Shown here one piece after another: positions 1 through 9,455 of a stretch of DNA of 64,000 nucleotides (positions are counted from its first letter, which is position 1; each line of letters begins with the position of its first letter). Both the position numbers and the translations under genes were made by a program. The notes beneath the pieces were generated by a model. The model was not told the origin of the DNA. It saw nothing but the letters and a program-made list of their open reading frames with translations, and did not search any database. This stretch comes from an uncultured Chloroflexia bacterium (GTDB lineage: Bacteria; Chloroflexota; Chloroflexia; Thermomicrobiales; UBA6265). The DNA is taken from the NCBI GenBank assembly GCA_963724295.1, contig CAVRUC010000013.1:192001-256000 (forward strand), read 5' to 3'.

Positions 1-564
1 CGCGATGCCCAGGGTCGCATGACGTACGCCTGGGTGCCCTTCGCCGAAGAGGAGATTGATGGCATCGCCCTCTTGCACCGGAGCGGCATCCCGGTCGTGA
101 CCGTCGGTTTCGGGGCGCTTGGCGAAGGTGTCTGCTCGATCGCCGGCCAGGGCTGTGGCGTCGCCGAGTGCCGGCGCACGGTCTGCCAGGGTTCCGCCGC
201 CGACGCTCCCTACTGGCAGTACTTTCAACAGGACCGCGGCGATCCCGCCGCCTGGACGTGGCAACCGCTTGGCGCCAGTAGCAGCCCGGTCGAGGATGGT
301 GACGTCTTCGGCTGGAGCTGGACGGCCGACGATCCCGCCTTGCCGGCGTTGGCGCCGGGGGAGATCGCCAGGCTGGCCGGCGCTGGAGAGGGGACAGGGA
401 GTGAGCCGGCTTTCCGCACGGTCTTGCCCGAAGGCGTAACGGCGGTGATGACCGCCCCGCCCCCCAATGCCGCGACCACGGCCGCGGCCGCTGCCATCCT
501 CGTCGTCATCGCCGGCTCGGCGGTCGCTCTCGCTGTCTGGCGGCGAACGGAGGTCGTCGCGTGA
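1..564 (+). CDS. Membrane-anchored extracytoplasmic protein associated with the ECF transporter (5'-truncated)
   Basis: Frame open from base 1; Cys cluster CSIAGQGCGVAECRRTVC, 'YWQYF...W', 'VEDGDVFGWSW' and a C-terminal TM helix ending WRR; stop overlaps the ecfT start (GTGA). Confidence 0.7.
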   Translation, partial: RDAQGRMTYAWVPFAEEEIDGIALLHRSGIPVVTVGFGALGEGVCSIAGQGCGVAECRRTVCQGSAADAPYWQYFQQDRGDPAAWTWQPLGASSSPVEDGDVFGWSWTADDPALPALAPGEIARLAGAGEGTGSEPAFRTVLPEGVTAVMTAPPPNAATTAAAAAILVVIAGSAVALAVWRRTEVVA

Positions 565-1601
565 GCACCCCTCGGGCGAGACCGCTCGATCCGCGAGCCT
601 GGATCATCTGGGCGGTCGCGGCCTACCTGCCTCCGCTGGTCGGGCGCAATCCCTGGCCGCTGACGGCGACGCTGCTGGCGACGCTCGGTGTCTGGGGCGC
701 CTGGAGCGCGGGAGCGGCCGGCGCACGCTGGCGACCTCTGTTGCGCTTGGCACTCGTCTTTGGCGCGGTGAGCGTGCTTTTCAATGTGCTTACCGCCCAC
801 ATCGGTGATCGCCCCATCGCCGTGCTGCCGGAGACGTGGCCGGTGATCGGTGGAGTGCTCACGCTCAACGCGCTGATCTACGGGTTGCTAAGCGCGATGG
901 CGATCTTCTCGCTCGTCGCGGTCAGCGCCACGCTCGGCGCTACCCTCGACTGGAGTGCGACGATGCGCCTCCTGCCGGAGCGGATGGCCGCCCTGGCCGT
1001 GGCCGGGTCGGTGGCCTGGTCCTACCTCCCGCGGACGACGGCCGCCCTCGCCGAAATCCGGGAGGCGCAAATGGCGCGCGGTTACCGCCCGCGCGGTATT
1101 CGCGACGCCGCGCCGCTCGTCATACCGCTCCTTGCCGGGGGGTTAGAGCGCTCCATGATCACCGCCGAGGCTCTCGAGGCGCGGGCCTTTGGGGCGCCCC
1201 TTGCCCCAGAGCTGACCCCCCGCCCGTGGCAGATCGCGTCACTGCTGGTCGGTCTTGTTGCCGCGTTAACCGGTGCATTCTGCCTCGCTCTGGGTCAGCT
1301 GGCCGTTGCTGGAGGATTGTTGGCGGTCGCGGCGGCGTCGTTGATGGCGGGTCTTTTCACCAGGCGCGGTGCGCAGCCGCATCTGCGCCGTACCCGGTAT
1401 CGTGATCCCATCTGGGAGCGGCCAGAATGGTTCGTCAGCGGCGCCGCCTTGGCCGTCCTGGCGGTCGAGATCGCGGTGCTATTTCTCGACCCCGCCGCAT
1501 TCCGCTACGAGCCTTATCCAACATTGACCCCGCCGGCGATTAGCTTGCCGCTGCTGGCGGTACTCGGGCTGCTGCTGGCTCCTGCCGCGGTACGACCGTG
1601 A
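561..1601 (+). CDS. ecfT: ECF transporter transmembrane component (EcfT/CbiQ family)
   Basis: Multi-TM protein with the two EcfT Ala-Arg motifs (EAQMARG; AEALEARAF); coupled to a double ABC ATPase. Confidence 0.85.
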   Translation: MSTPRARPLDPRAWIIWAVAAYLPPLVGRNPWPLTATLLATLGVWGAWSAGAAGARWRPLLRLALVFGAVSVLFNVLTAHIGDRPIAVLPETWPVIGGVLTLNALIYGLLSAMAIFSLVAVSATLGATLDWSATMRLLPERMAALAVAGSVAWSYLPRTTAALAEIREAQMARGYRPRGIRDAAPLVIPLLAGGLERSMITAEALEARAFGAPLAPELTPRPWQIASLLVGLVAALTGAFCLALGQLAVAGGLLAVAAASLMAGLFTRRGAQPHLRRTRYRDPIWERPEWFVSGAALAVLAVEIAVLFLDPAAFRYEPYPTLTPPAISLPLLAVLGLLLAPAAVRP

Positions 1602-3286
1602 GCGCCCCGGGACAGTCGACGCTGCTCACGGAACCAGTCGTCACCTTCTCCGAGCTGACCTACCGGTACCCGGAACGCGATACACCCGCCGTGCGGGAAC
1701 TGAATTGGACGGTCGCTCCCGGCGAATTCGTCACGGTGACCGGGCCCTCCGGCAGTGGCAAATCGACGCTACTGCGCTGCCTCAACGGGCTGACGCCGCA
1801 CTTCAACGGCGGTACCTTCGACGGCGTGGTCATCGTCGCCGGCCACGACACGCGCCATTACAGCCCGCGCGTGCTGGCCCGACTCACCGGGTTCGTTTTC
1901 CAGGACCCCGAGGCTCAATTCGTGGCCGGCAGGGTCGACGACGAAGTCGCCTTCGGGATGGAGCAGCTCGGCGTGCCGGCGGTGACGATGCGCAAGCGAG
2001 TCGAGGAGGTGCTCGACCTGCTCGGGATCGCCGCGTTGCGAGATCGCAAGATCGCGACGCTGTCGGGTGGGGAACGGCAACGCGTGGCGGTCGCCGCGGC
2101 GCTCGCGCTGCAACCCTCGATTCTGGCCCTTGACGAGCCGACGAGTCAGCTCGATCCCTGGGGCGCGGAGGAAGTGCTCGCGGCTCTGAACCGTCTCAAC
2201 GAGGACCTCGGACTGACCGTGGTCCTCGCCGAGCATCGCCTGGAGCGCGTCGTCGCTCATACCGACCGCCTCACGGTCCTGGCTCCGGGTGGATCAATCG
2301 CCCTCGACGGACCGCCACGAGATACATTGTCCCAAGCCGACGTCGGCAGTCTTCCGGCCCTGCTCGCGCTCGGGCGACAGCTGGATTGGGACCCCTTGCC
2401 GTTTTCGATCAAGGAAGGGAGAGTCGCCCAGCGCCGTGACGCCGAACGCGGGCGCGTACCCACACCGGTGGCGCCCGATCCTGCCCCTCCCGGTGGTGCA
2501 CCGGTCGTCGCCTTGCAGAGGGTAAGCGCCGGGTGGGATCGCCATGCCGTGCTGCGTAACGTCGATCTGGAGGTGCGACCGGGCGAGCTGCTCGCGCTCA
2601 TGGGCCGCAACGGATCGGGCAAGACAACGCTGCTGCGGCTCGTTGCGGGGTTGCACCGGCCATCCTCCGGCAAAGTGCTCGTCGCGGGACAGGACACGAC
2701 GCGTGTGCATCCTGCCGATATCGCGCAAACCGTTGGTTATCTCCCGCAGAATCCCTCGGCGCTCTTTTTTGCGGAAACCTTGCGGGCGGAGCTTGCCTTC
2801 ACCCTGAAGCATCATCGGCGGCCCGGACTCGATCCGGAGGCAACGCTGGACGCACTCGGGCTGGGGCATGCCATCGATCGTCATCCGCGCGATCTTTCGG
2901 GCGGGGAACGAGAGCGCGCCGCGCTGGCGACGGTGCTTGTCGGCGGACCACGAGTCCTCCTTCTCGACGAGCCGACACGTGGCATGGATGCCGCCCGCAA
3001 ACGCGCCCTGGTCCTGACGCTGCACCAGCTGCGCGATGATGGCGTAGCGATCTTGCTTGCCACGCACGACGTCGAGCTGGTGGCGGAGGTCGCCTCGCGC
3101 GTTGTCCTGCTCGGCGATGGGCGCATCGTCGCCAACGGCGGTCCCCGCGCCGTGCTCTCCGGCTCACTGACCTTCACCACCGCGGTCAACAAGCTCTACG
3201 GCGACGGCTTTCTTACTCCAGGGGACATACTGGCTGGGTTGGGCTTGAATTTCATTGCGGAACAGCAGCTTACATCGAATAGATAA
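1598..3286 (+). CDS. ECF transporter ATPase with two fused ABC domains
   Basis: Two Walker A motifs (GPSGSGKS, GRNGSGKT), two LSGGE signatures, LDEPT Walker B, FQDPEAQF Q-loop. Confidence 0.92.
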   Translation: MSAPGQSTLLTEPVVTFSELTYRYPERDTPAVRELNWTVAPGEFVTVTGPSGSGKSTLLRCLNGLTPHFNGGTFDGVVIVAGHDTRHYSPRVLARLTGFVFQDPEAQFVAGRVDDEVAFGMEQLGVPAVTMRKRVEEVLDLLGIAALRDRKIATLSGGERQRVAVAAALALQPSILALDEPTSQLDPWGAEEVLAALNRLNEDLGLTVVLAEHRLERVVAHTDRLTVLAPGGSIALDGPPRDTLSQADVGSLPALLALGRQLDWDPLPFSIKEGRVAQRRDAERGRVPTPVAPDPAPPGGAPVVALQRVSAGWDRHAVLRNVDLEVRPGELLALMGRNGSGKTTLLRLVAGLHRPSSGKVLVAGQDTTRVHPADIAQTVGYLPQNPSALFFAETLRAELAFTLKHHRRPGLDPEATLDALGLGHAIDRHPRDLSGGERERAALATVLVGGPRVLLLDEPTRGMDAARKRALVLTLHQLRDDGVAILLATHDVELVAEVASRVVLLGDGRIVANGGPRAVLSGSLTFTTAVNKLYGDGFLTPGDILAGLGLNFIAEQQLTSNR

Positions 3287-3340
3287 AGTAGCCTCGCATG
3301 CAGAGCGGTCGGCCTCCCGCTCCCCGCATCATTGGCCCCA

Positions 3341-3381
3341 GAGGCTGTACGCTTGACGTACAGCGTCGCGCCCGCCACAAT
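3341..3381 (+). promoter_or_regulatory. higBA sigma70 promoter with overlapping palindromic operator
   Basis: TTGACG (3353-3358)-17 nt-CACAAT (3376-3381); inverted repeat GAGGCTGTACG-cttga-CGTACAGCGTC (3341-3367) covers the -35. Confidence 0.75.
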
Positions 3382-3387
3382 CTGCAA

Positions 3388-3702
3388 ATGTCGAGCGACG
3401 ATGCGAGCTTTTTGGCCGGAGTTCGCAAATATCGGGACAAGCGCACCGCTCGGTTTGCCGCCGGTGAGCGGGTCAACGAGTTTCAAGCGTTCGCACGTCA
3501 GGCATACAGACGATTGGAGATCTTGGAAGCCGCGTCAGATAAGCGAGCCCTCATGATGTTGCCAAGCAACCGCTTCGAGGCGCTAGTTGGTGATCGAGCA
3601 GGTCAGTACAGCATCCGGATCAACAATCGCTGGAGGATTTGCTTCGAGTGGCCTGACGACCAATCGACGCCGAGCAACATCGAGATCGTTGACTACCATT
3701 AA
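3388..3702 (+). CDS. higB: HigB/RelE-family toxin (plasmid-maintenance-killer type)
   Basis: 'PSNRFEALVGDRAGQYSIRINNRWRICFEW...IEIVDYH' is typical HigB; toxin-first order. Start at ATG 3388 or TTG 3412 is uncertain. Confidence 0.9.
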   Translation: MSSDDASFLAGVRKYRDKRTARFAAGERVNEFQAFARQAYRRLEILEAASDKRALMMLPSNRFEALVGDRAGQYSIRINNRWRICFEWPDDQSTPSNIEIVDYH

Positions 3703-3715
3703 GGGAGGGAGAACC

Positions 3716-4018
3716 ATGCCTAGACCGCCAATCCATCCAGGTGAAATTCTCGCCGACGAGCTCGCCGAGCTCGAGATGAGCGCCGCCCAGCTGAGTCGAG
3801 AGTTGCACGTTCCCACCAACCGCGTGACACAGATCCTGGCCGGCAAGCGCGGCATCACCGCCGACACCGCGTTGCGCCTCGGAACGTGGTTTGGCACCGG
3901 GCCGGAAATCTGGCTGAATCTTCAGAAGTCGTATGAGCTTCGCCTTGCCGAACAGGAAGTCGGCACGGAGATACGGAACACGATTACAACCCGTCACGCG
4001 ACGGGCCACGCCGCGTAA
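3716..4018 (+). CDS. higA: HigA antitoxin (XRE HTH)
   Basis: 'PIHPGEILADEL...ITADTALRL...FGT..EIWLNLQ..YEL'; GGAGG RBS upstream. Confidence 0.93.
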   Translation: MPRPPIHPGEILADELAELEMSAAQLSRELHVPTNRVTQILAGKRGITADTALRLGTWFGTGPEIWLNLQKSYELRLAEQEVGTEIRNTITTRHATGHAA

Positions 4019-4087
4019 GCGGCTCTTGGCCACACCCCTGACCGAGCCAGGATTGACGAAAAGAAGGGATCCAGGAGGAGACCTGGC

Positions 4088-5041
4088 ATGCGGTCCGCGA
4101 TGCGAATCCTGGCCCTTGCCCTAAGCCTGGTAGCCCTCACCCTTCACGTACCGCCAGTTGCCGGGCAAGCACGCGATTGCGATGACTTCGACAGTCAGAT
4201 CTGGGCGCAAACCGTCTACGAGAGCGATCCCGCCGGGTACGCGGCCCTCGATCCCGACGGCAACGGCATCGCCTGCGACGAGTTGCCGCCGGGCGCGGCG
4301 CCGGCCTTGTGGACATCACAAGTCCCGGCGGGAAGCCAGCTGGTCACGTTGATCGAGGTCACTGACGGTGACACCATCCGGGTCGATGTCGGCGGCCGGG
4401 AGGAGCCGGTGCGCCTCATCCTCATCGACACGCCAGAGACAAGAGACCCGAACAACCCTCCGGAATGCTTCGGCCAGGAAGCCACGGCATACCTCTCATG
4501 GCTACTCTCGCTCGGTGGCGATCTCTATCTGGAAACCGACATCAGCGACCGTGACCGCTTCGGACGACTCTTGCGCTATGTCTGGCTCGACTTCGGCGAC
4601 GGGGAGGTCTACCTCGTCAACGAGGCGCTGGTCCGCGCCGGCTACGCCGCGTTCTCGACGTTCCCGCCTGACGTGAAGTACGTGGACGAGATTCGTGAGG
4701 CAGGGCAATTTGCCCGGGAACATCGCTACGGGCTGTGGTCCAGCTGCATCACGGATAATGAGGGAGATACCAACGAGCTGAGTGGAAGCCAGGCCATCGA
4801 AGCCGGACCGGAGACGGAGATCGATCCGGTCCCCACGCGGTCGGCATCTCCCCCGGAGCAAGTCGTCGTCACTGATCCAGCTGCCGCCTTTGGCTGTGAG
4901 CCGTCCTATCCCGCCGTCTGCATCCCGCCGTCACCGCCGGATCTCGACTGCGGCGACGTGGCCTACGGAGGCTTCACCGTCTATCCGCCCGACCCACATC
5001 GGTTCGACGGCGACTACGATGGTGTCGGCTGCGAGGGGTAA
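4088..5041 (+). CDS. Secreted thermonuclease (SNase-like) with Excalibur-like Ca-binding modules
   Basis: Signal peptide; 'DGDTI..VRLILIDTPE', 'DRFGRLLRYV', 'VNEALVRAGYA'; N- and C-terminal 'DCxDF...LDxDGxGxxCE/D' modules. Confidence 0.88.
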   Translation: MRSAMRILALALSLVALTLHVPPVAGQARDCDDFDSQIWAQTVYESDPAGYAALDPDGNGIACDELPPGAAPALWTSQVPAGSQLVTLIEVTDGDTIRVDVGGREEPVRLILIDTPETRDPNNPPECFGQEATAYLSWLLSLGGDLYLETDISDRDRFGRLLRYVWLDFGDGEVYLVNEALVRAGYAAFSTFPPDVKYVDEIREAGQFAREHRYGLWSSCITDNEGDTNELSGSQAIEAGPETEIDPVPTRSASPPEQVVVTDPAAAFGCEPSYPAVCIPPSPPDLDCGDVAYGGFTVYPPDPHRFDGDYDGVGCEG

Positions 5042-5120
5042 TGACGAGCCAGAATATCGACCGTCCTGCGACCCGTGAGGACATCGACTCCTAAGCAGGG
5101 ATGCCACCCAGCCTGGATGC

Positions 5121-6107
5121 TCAGTCACTTTCCGTGAGTGACATCTCGAGCTCTTCCCCATTGCCGACCACGGCGTCCGGGAAGTCCCGCGGTGGATCGG
5201 ATCTGACTTCGACGGTGTAGGTGCCGGGCGGGATTCGCACGGCATCCCCGTCGACGACACCGCTGGCTATTACCGCCCCGGCAGGGTCGCGGACTTCAAA
5301 CGGCGGTTGCAATGCAGTGGCAATCGCCTCGCCCAGGTCGTCAGCTCCTGCGGCATCGAAGAACCGGCCACCGCCGATGCGGGCCCACTCCTCGAACTGC
5401 TTCTTCAGCCCCTCGTCGTCGACGGCAAACCCGACGATGTTGACCCGGACGTCGATACCCTGATTGACCAGCTCGCGGATGGCTCGCTGCGGATTCCCGC
5501 CGCAGGTCTCCTCTCCGTCGGTGACGAGTACGACGATCTTCGGGCCATCGACCCCGCTCAGATCGGCCGCGACCCGCTCGAGGGCGGCGGCAAGCGGTGT
5601 CTTCACGCCGTCGACCGATTCGATTGAGGCGATGCGATCGACCGCCACATCTCCGTCCAACGGCGCCAGATCGATAGCCAGATCTGTCTCGCAGGAATCC
5701 GGTTCATCGCCAAAGACTCGAAGCGCCAGCGGGATGCCTGACGGGAGCGTCTCTTCAATGAGGTCGGTCAGCACAAGCTTGGCGAAGTCGATCCGTCGCT
5801 CGTCGCCGAGTGCTTGCAGCATGCTTCCGGAGTTGTCGAGGATCAGGTCCACGCCGACGTCGGTGGCCAGAGTTGCCTGCCCGTCGCCCTCGCTGACGAC
5901 CCGGATCGCGCCTGGAACCTCGGCAATGTCGCCCGCGTCGTCGACCGTCCCGGAGACCTGGAACGTCCCTGGCACCTGAAAGGTGGGGATCTCTGGCGAG
6001 TCATCGTCGGCGTCCTGAGCCCGGGCCAACTCGCGTGAGTGCCCCGCGCCAGCGATGCCGCAGATCAAGAGGATGGCCAGACCGAAGACGATGAAGCGAG
6101 ACATCAC
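5121..6107 (-). CDS. Secreted von Willebrand factor A domain protein
   Basis: Signal peptide; MIDAS motif DNSGSM, 'KTPLA', 'VTDGEETCGG'. Confidence 0.85.
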   Translation of the reverse strand: MMSRFIVFGLAILLICGIAGAGHSRELARAQDADDDSPEIPTFQVPGTFQVSGTVDDAGDIAEVPGAIRVVSEGDGQATLATDVGVDLILDNSGSMLQALGDERRIDFAKLVLTDLIEETLPSGIPLALRVFGDEPDSCETDLAIDLAPLDGDVAVDRIASIESVDGVKTPLAAALERVAADLSGVDGPKIVVLVTDGEETCGGNPQRAIRELVNQGIDVRVNIVGFAVDDEGLKKQFEEWARIGGGRFFDAAGADDLGEAIATALQPPFEVRDPAGAVIASGVVDGDAVRIPPGTYTVEVRSDPPRDFPDAVVGNGEELEMSLTESD

Positions 6108-6252
6108 ACTCTTCTCCAGACTCTTCAGTCGATGCCTGGCTCGCTGAGCGTCTACTTCCTCCGGCCATCCTCTTGATCGTGAGCGCGTCAGATGTCTGAG
6201 ATCACCGTACGGTGCAGCTAGCGTGGCTGCTGATGTACTCCTCGCGGGTTCC

Positions 6253-7431
6253 CTACATCACTGGGGTTGCGGTGATTGTTGGTGTACACGAGGCCGTCCC
6301 GGGCGCCTCGTCCATGGCGCCAGGCGTTGCCTCGACCGGCGCGGCGGCCAGGTCGAGCCGCATGACCGCGCCTTCTCCGTGGTCGGCGCCAACCGCCGGC
6401 AGTGAGACGTAGAGAGCTCCATCCGGACCGAAGGCAAGCGAAATCGGCATCATCAGCCCGGTCGCGACTTCCTCCAGGTCACCCGTGCCGCTCTGACGCA
6501 CGATGCGACCACTACCGGGAACCAGGAACGGCGGCTCGTCGAGATTTCCGGTCGACATCTCGGCCGCGTACAGCGTTCCATCCGGTCCGACCGCCACGTC
6601 AGTGACTGCGGTCAGCCCGGTCCACATCTCCGTCACCGATCCGTCCGGCGCAACATGGACCACCCGCGATGCACCATCCGGGAAGGGCACGGTCGTCAAG
6701 AAGCCGACATAGACTCCGCCTTGCGGGGCCAACGCCAATCCGGTTGGCACCGGATGCCCTTCCGAGAGATCGGCAATCCGTGCCACCGATCCGTCCAGAC
6801 CGACACTGAGGATCTGTCCGCTATTGGGATCAACCACCCAGAACAGCCCCGCGGCTTGATCGGCGACCAGGCTGAAACCAGCGGCATCAGGGTCGAAATC
6901 CGGCGGAATCTGAGCGACCGGGTTCGCCCGCACCCAGGCGGAGAGGTCCGCAACGAGTTCAGTCGTGCCGTCACCCAGAATGCGGTAGATACCCGACGGC
7001 TGATCCGCATTGCCGTGAGCGGCGCCTCCGCCATCGACCGAGGCGTAGAGCTGGTCACCCAGGATCGCCAGATCTTCGGCGCCAAGGAAATCACCCATGG
7101 CACTACCGGCTGACGGCAAATCCCCGGCCAGTAGAACAGGGCACTCGTCCTCAATGCGGACAACACTTGCGCTGAGCCCACCGTGCCACGGACCAACAGC
7201 CTCTTCTGTCGGCGCCTCCTCGGTGGCAGGATTGTCGCCGCCCACGCCGGCCTGAGCCACGTAGAGCGTGCCAGCCGCATCCCAGATCACCCCACGTGGG
7301 TTCGTCAACCCGGAGGCTACGACGGAAAGGGCGCTGGAGTCTGTCCCGGCGACGGGACTTGCCTCCTGGGCTTGCACCGGGCTGATGAGGACCGCGATCA
7401 GTCCCACCACGAACAGCAACGTGCGACGCAT
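6253..7431 (-). CDS. Secreted ScyD/ScyE-family beta-propeller protein
   Basis: Signal peptide ending AQA-QEASPVA; repeats 'ASGLTNPRG', 'GHPVPTGLA', 'TGLTAVTDVAVGPDGTLY', 'FGPDGALYVS'. Confidence 0.8.
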   Translation of the reverse strand: MRRTLLFVVGLIAVLISPVQAQEASPVAGTDSSALSVVASGLTNPRGVIWDAAGTLYVAQAGVGGDNPATEEAPTEEAVGPWHGGLSASVVRIEDECPVLLAGDLPSAGSAMGDFLGAEDLAILGDQLYASVDGGGAAHGNADQPSGIYRILGDGTTELVADLSAWVRANPVAQIPPDFDPDAAGFSLVADQAAGLFWVVDPNSGQILSVGLDGSVARIADLSEGHPVPTGLALAPQGGVYVGFLTTVPFPDGASRVVHVAPDGSVTEMWTGLTAVTDVAVGPDGTLYAAEMSTGNLDEPPFLVPGSGRIVRQSGTGDLEEVATGLMMPISLAFGPDGALYVSLPAVGADHGEGAVMRLDLAAAPVEATPGAMDEAPGTASCTPTITATPVM

Positions 7432-7628
7432 CGAGGCTCCCTTCATTGTTTGGGCTGTTGCATGGCTATTCCGCCAGGCGACCCCGGAACGCATTTTCCT
7501 TGCGTTGTGCACGCTACACCTGTTTCGGCTGATGTCAAGTCCTGACTTTGCAGATGAGACGCCAGGACATGGCGCGGCAGCGCGGCCCGAATTCGATGGA
7601 GACCGTACAGGCGACCAGGTGCTCGCCT

Positions 7629-9338
7629 TTACTCAGTTGGTCCGGCGAGCCACTCGCGGGCAGTCTCCGCGTCTCGCAGGCGCATCGCGAACACCCGCGC
7701 CAGATACGATGCCAGCTCTCCCTGCTGGTCCAAACGACCCCGGTATCCGAGGTATCCATCAGGCCGCACCAGAGCCACCAGGCCCTGCCGTGCTCCAAAT
7801 GCGTTGGCGACCTTACGGGCAGGATCAATCAACACCGTCTCCGCGGCGCCGCCCGTGGTCGCCGTGCCAAGCACGAGAAACGGGCCAACCGTATCGCCAA
7901 CAGCATCCTGGACCAGCCGGGCGACCCGCTCGAGCACGCCGGTTGCCTCTGCCGTAGCCTTGTCGCCCGGGAAGATGAGCAACGACCATCCTTCGGAGAT
8001 CAGGTCGAAAATCGCCACCGGCTCGCTGCTGTCGGCGTCAATCAGTGTGACATCGGGGACGCGGTCACCAGCCCGGAGTCCGCTGCAATGCCGATGCAGC
8101 CATCCGCGCGCGCCTTCTCGGTCGTCGGCATCGACCGAGAGGAAGGAGCCGCGATAGCCAATAGTCAGTTGCGAAACCGCGGCCAGGATGCGGCGGCGTA
8201 TGGAAGCGATACCGACTATCGCCGGGACAGCTTGTTCGCGCACAGCTCGCATCAGCGGATTCTGCGCCAGGAACAATCGGGTGCCTAGATGGGTTCCCCG
8301 CAGCACGCTCCGGGCAATCGGATGCCGCTCGGCCTGATAGGTGTCGAGCAGACCGGGGGCGGCCTGATCCCGCGCCGCCAGAGCCAGCTTCCAGCCAAGG
8401 TTGAACGCGTCCTGAATCCCCGTGTTCATCCCCTGGCCACCGACGGGGCTGTGGACGTGGGCGGCGTCGCCCGCGAGGAATACCGGGCCGACGCGATAGC
8501 GATCGGCCTGACGCCGTTGGATGCGGAAGGCCGAGGCCCAAATGGGATTCCCAACGCGGCGGAGAGGCACCCCCGTGCGTTGACCGAGAAAAATCTCGGC
8601 CTCGGCGGCGATCTCTGCTTCGGACTGATACTCCTTCGCCGCGTAGGCAGCTGGCAGCGGCACGATCACCCGGTACCGTCGCTCGCCGGGTAAGGGGATG
8701 GCGGCAACCAACCCATCGTCGCCGATCCAGATATGCCCTTCGTCGTGAGGCAGATCCCAATCGAGGTCAAGGTCCGCAAGCAGGAAGCGCTCCGGATAGG
8801 CCGCTCCCGCGAACCCGATCCCCGCCTCATGGCGAACCGTGCTATGCGCGCCATCGGCGCCGACCAGGAACCTCGTTTCTATCTCCGACGTGCCTCCGGG
8901 TCCCTGCAATGTCGCCGTAACCCGCTCTCCGTCCATCCGGAACCCGAGCAACTGCGTACTTCGTTCGACCCGCCCTCCGAGTTGCTCGAGTCGCTGCTCC
9001 AGCACCCGTTCGGTGTCGGACTCGTCCATGCTGATCAGCCGCGACGCACCCGGCAGGTCATCGAAAGAAATCCGGGCCAGCGTGCGGTCGCGCTCGGCAA
9101 ACCGAAGCGCCCGAGGTCGGGCCGACGGCTCCAGGGCCGACTCCGGAATTCCCATCACGCGGAACACTTCGACCGTGCGGGCTTGCGTTCCGATCGCCCG
9201 TGAGGTCTTTGTTCGCTCGGTCTCCCGGTCGATGATCCGGAACGGGACTCCCCGCCGCGCCAGCTCGACAGCCAGCGTCAGCCCCGTCGGTCCAGCGCCG
9301 ACGACGAGGATGTCGGGATCTCGGGCTGTTGTGGTCAT
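7629..9338 (-). CDS. FAD-dependent monooxygenase (PheA/TfdB/UbiH-like)
   Basis: GAGPTG, GADGAHS, 'LAGDAAHVHSPVGGQGMNTGIQDA', C-terminal 'LVRPDGY'. Confidence 0.92.
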   Translation of the reverse strand: MTTTARDPDILVVGAGPTGLTLAVELARRGVPFRIIDRETERTKTSRAIGTQARTVEVFRVMGIPESALEPSARPRALRFAERDRTLARISFDDLPGASRLISMDESDTERVLEQRLEQLGGRVERSTQLLGFRMDGERVTATLQGPGGTSEIETRFLVGADGAHSTVRHEAGIGFAGAAYPERFLLADLDLDWDLPHDEGHIWIGDDGLVAAIPLPGERRYRVIVPLPAAYAAKEYQSEAEIAAEAEIFLGQRTGVPLRRVGNPIWASAFRIQRRQADRYRVGPVFLAGDAAHVHSPVGGQGMNTGIQDAFNLGWKLALAARDQAAPGLLDTYQAERHPIARSVLRGTHLGTRLFLAQNPLMRAVREQAVPAIVGIASIRRRILAAVSQLTIGYRGSFLSVDADDREGARGWLHRHCSGLRAGDRVPDVTLIDADSSEPVAIFDLISEGWSLLIFPGDKATAEATGVLERVARLVQDAVGDTVGPFLVLGTATTGGAAETVLIDPARKVANAFGARQGLVALVRPDGYLGYRGRLDQQGELASYLARVFAMRLRDAETAREWLAGPTE

Positions 9339-9455
9339 GACGAGGGTGATAGGGTGATAGGGTCATCGGGTGATAGGGAGAACGAAAGACCGTCTCCTTG
9401 ATCACCCTATCACCACGAGCGAAGCGAATAATCACCCTATCACCCATCACCCTCA
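9338..9455. repeat. Octamer-repeat palindromic intergenic element, family A (GGGTGATA), copy 1
   Basis: (AGGGTGAT)x4 left arm, ATCACCCT right arms, internal CGAGCGAAGCGAATAATCACC core shared with copies at 46091 and 61167. Confidence 0.85.
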
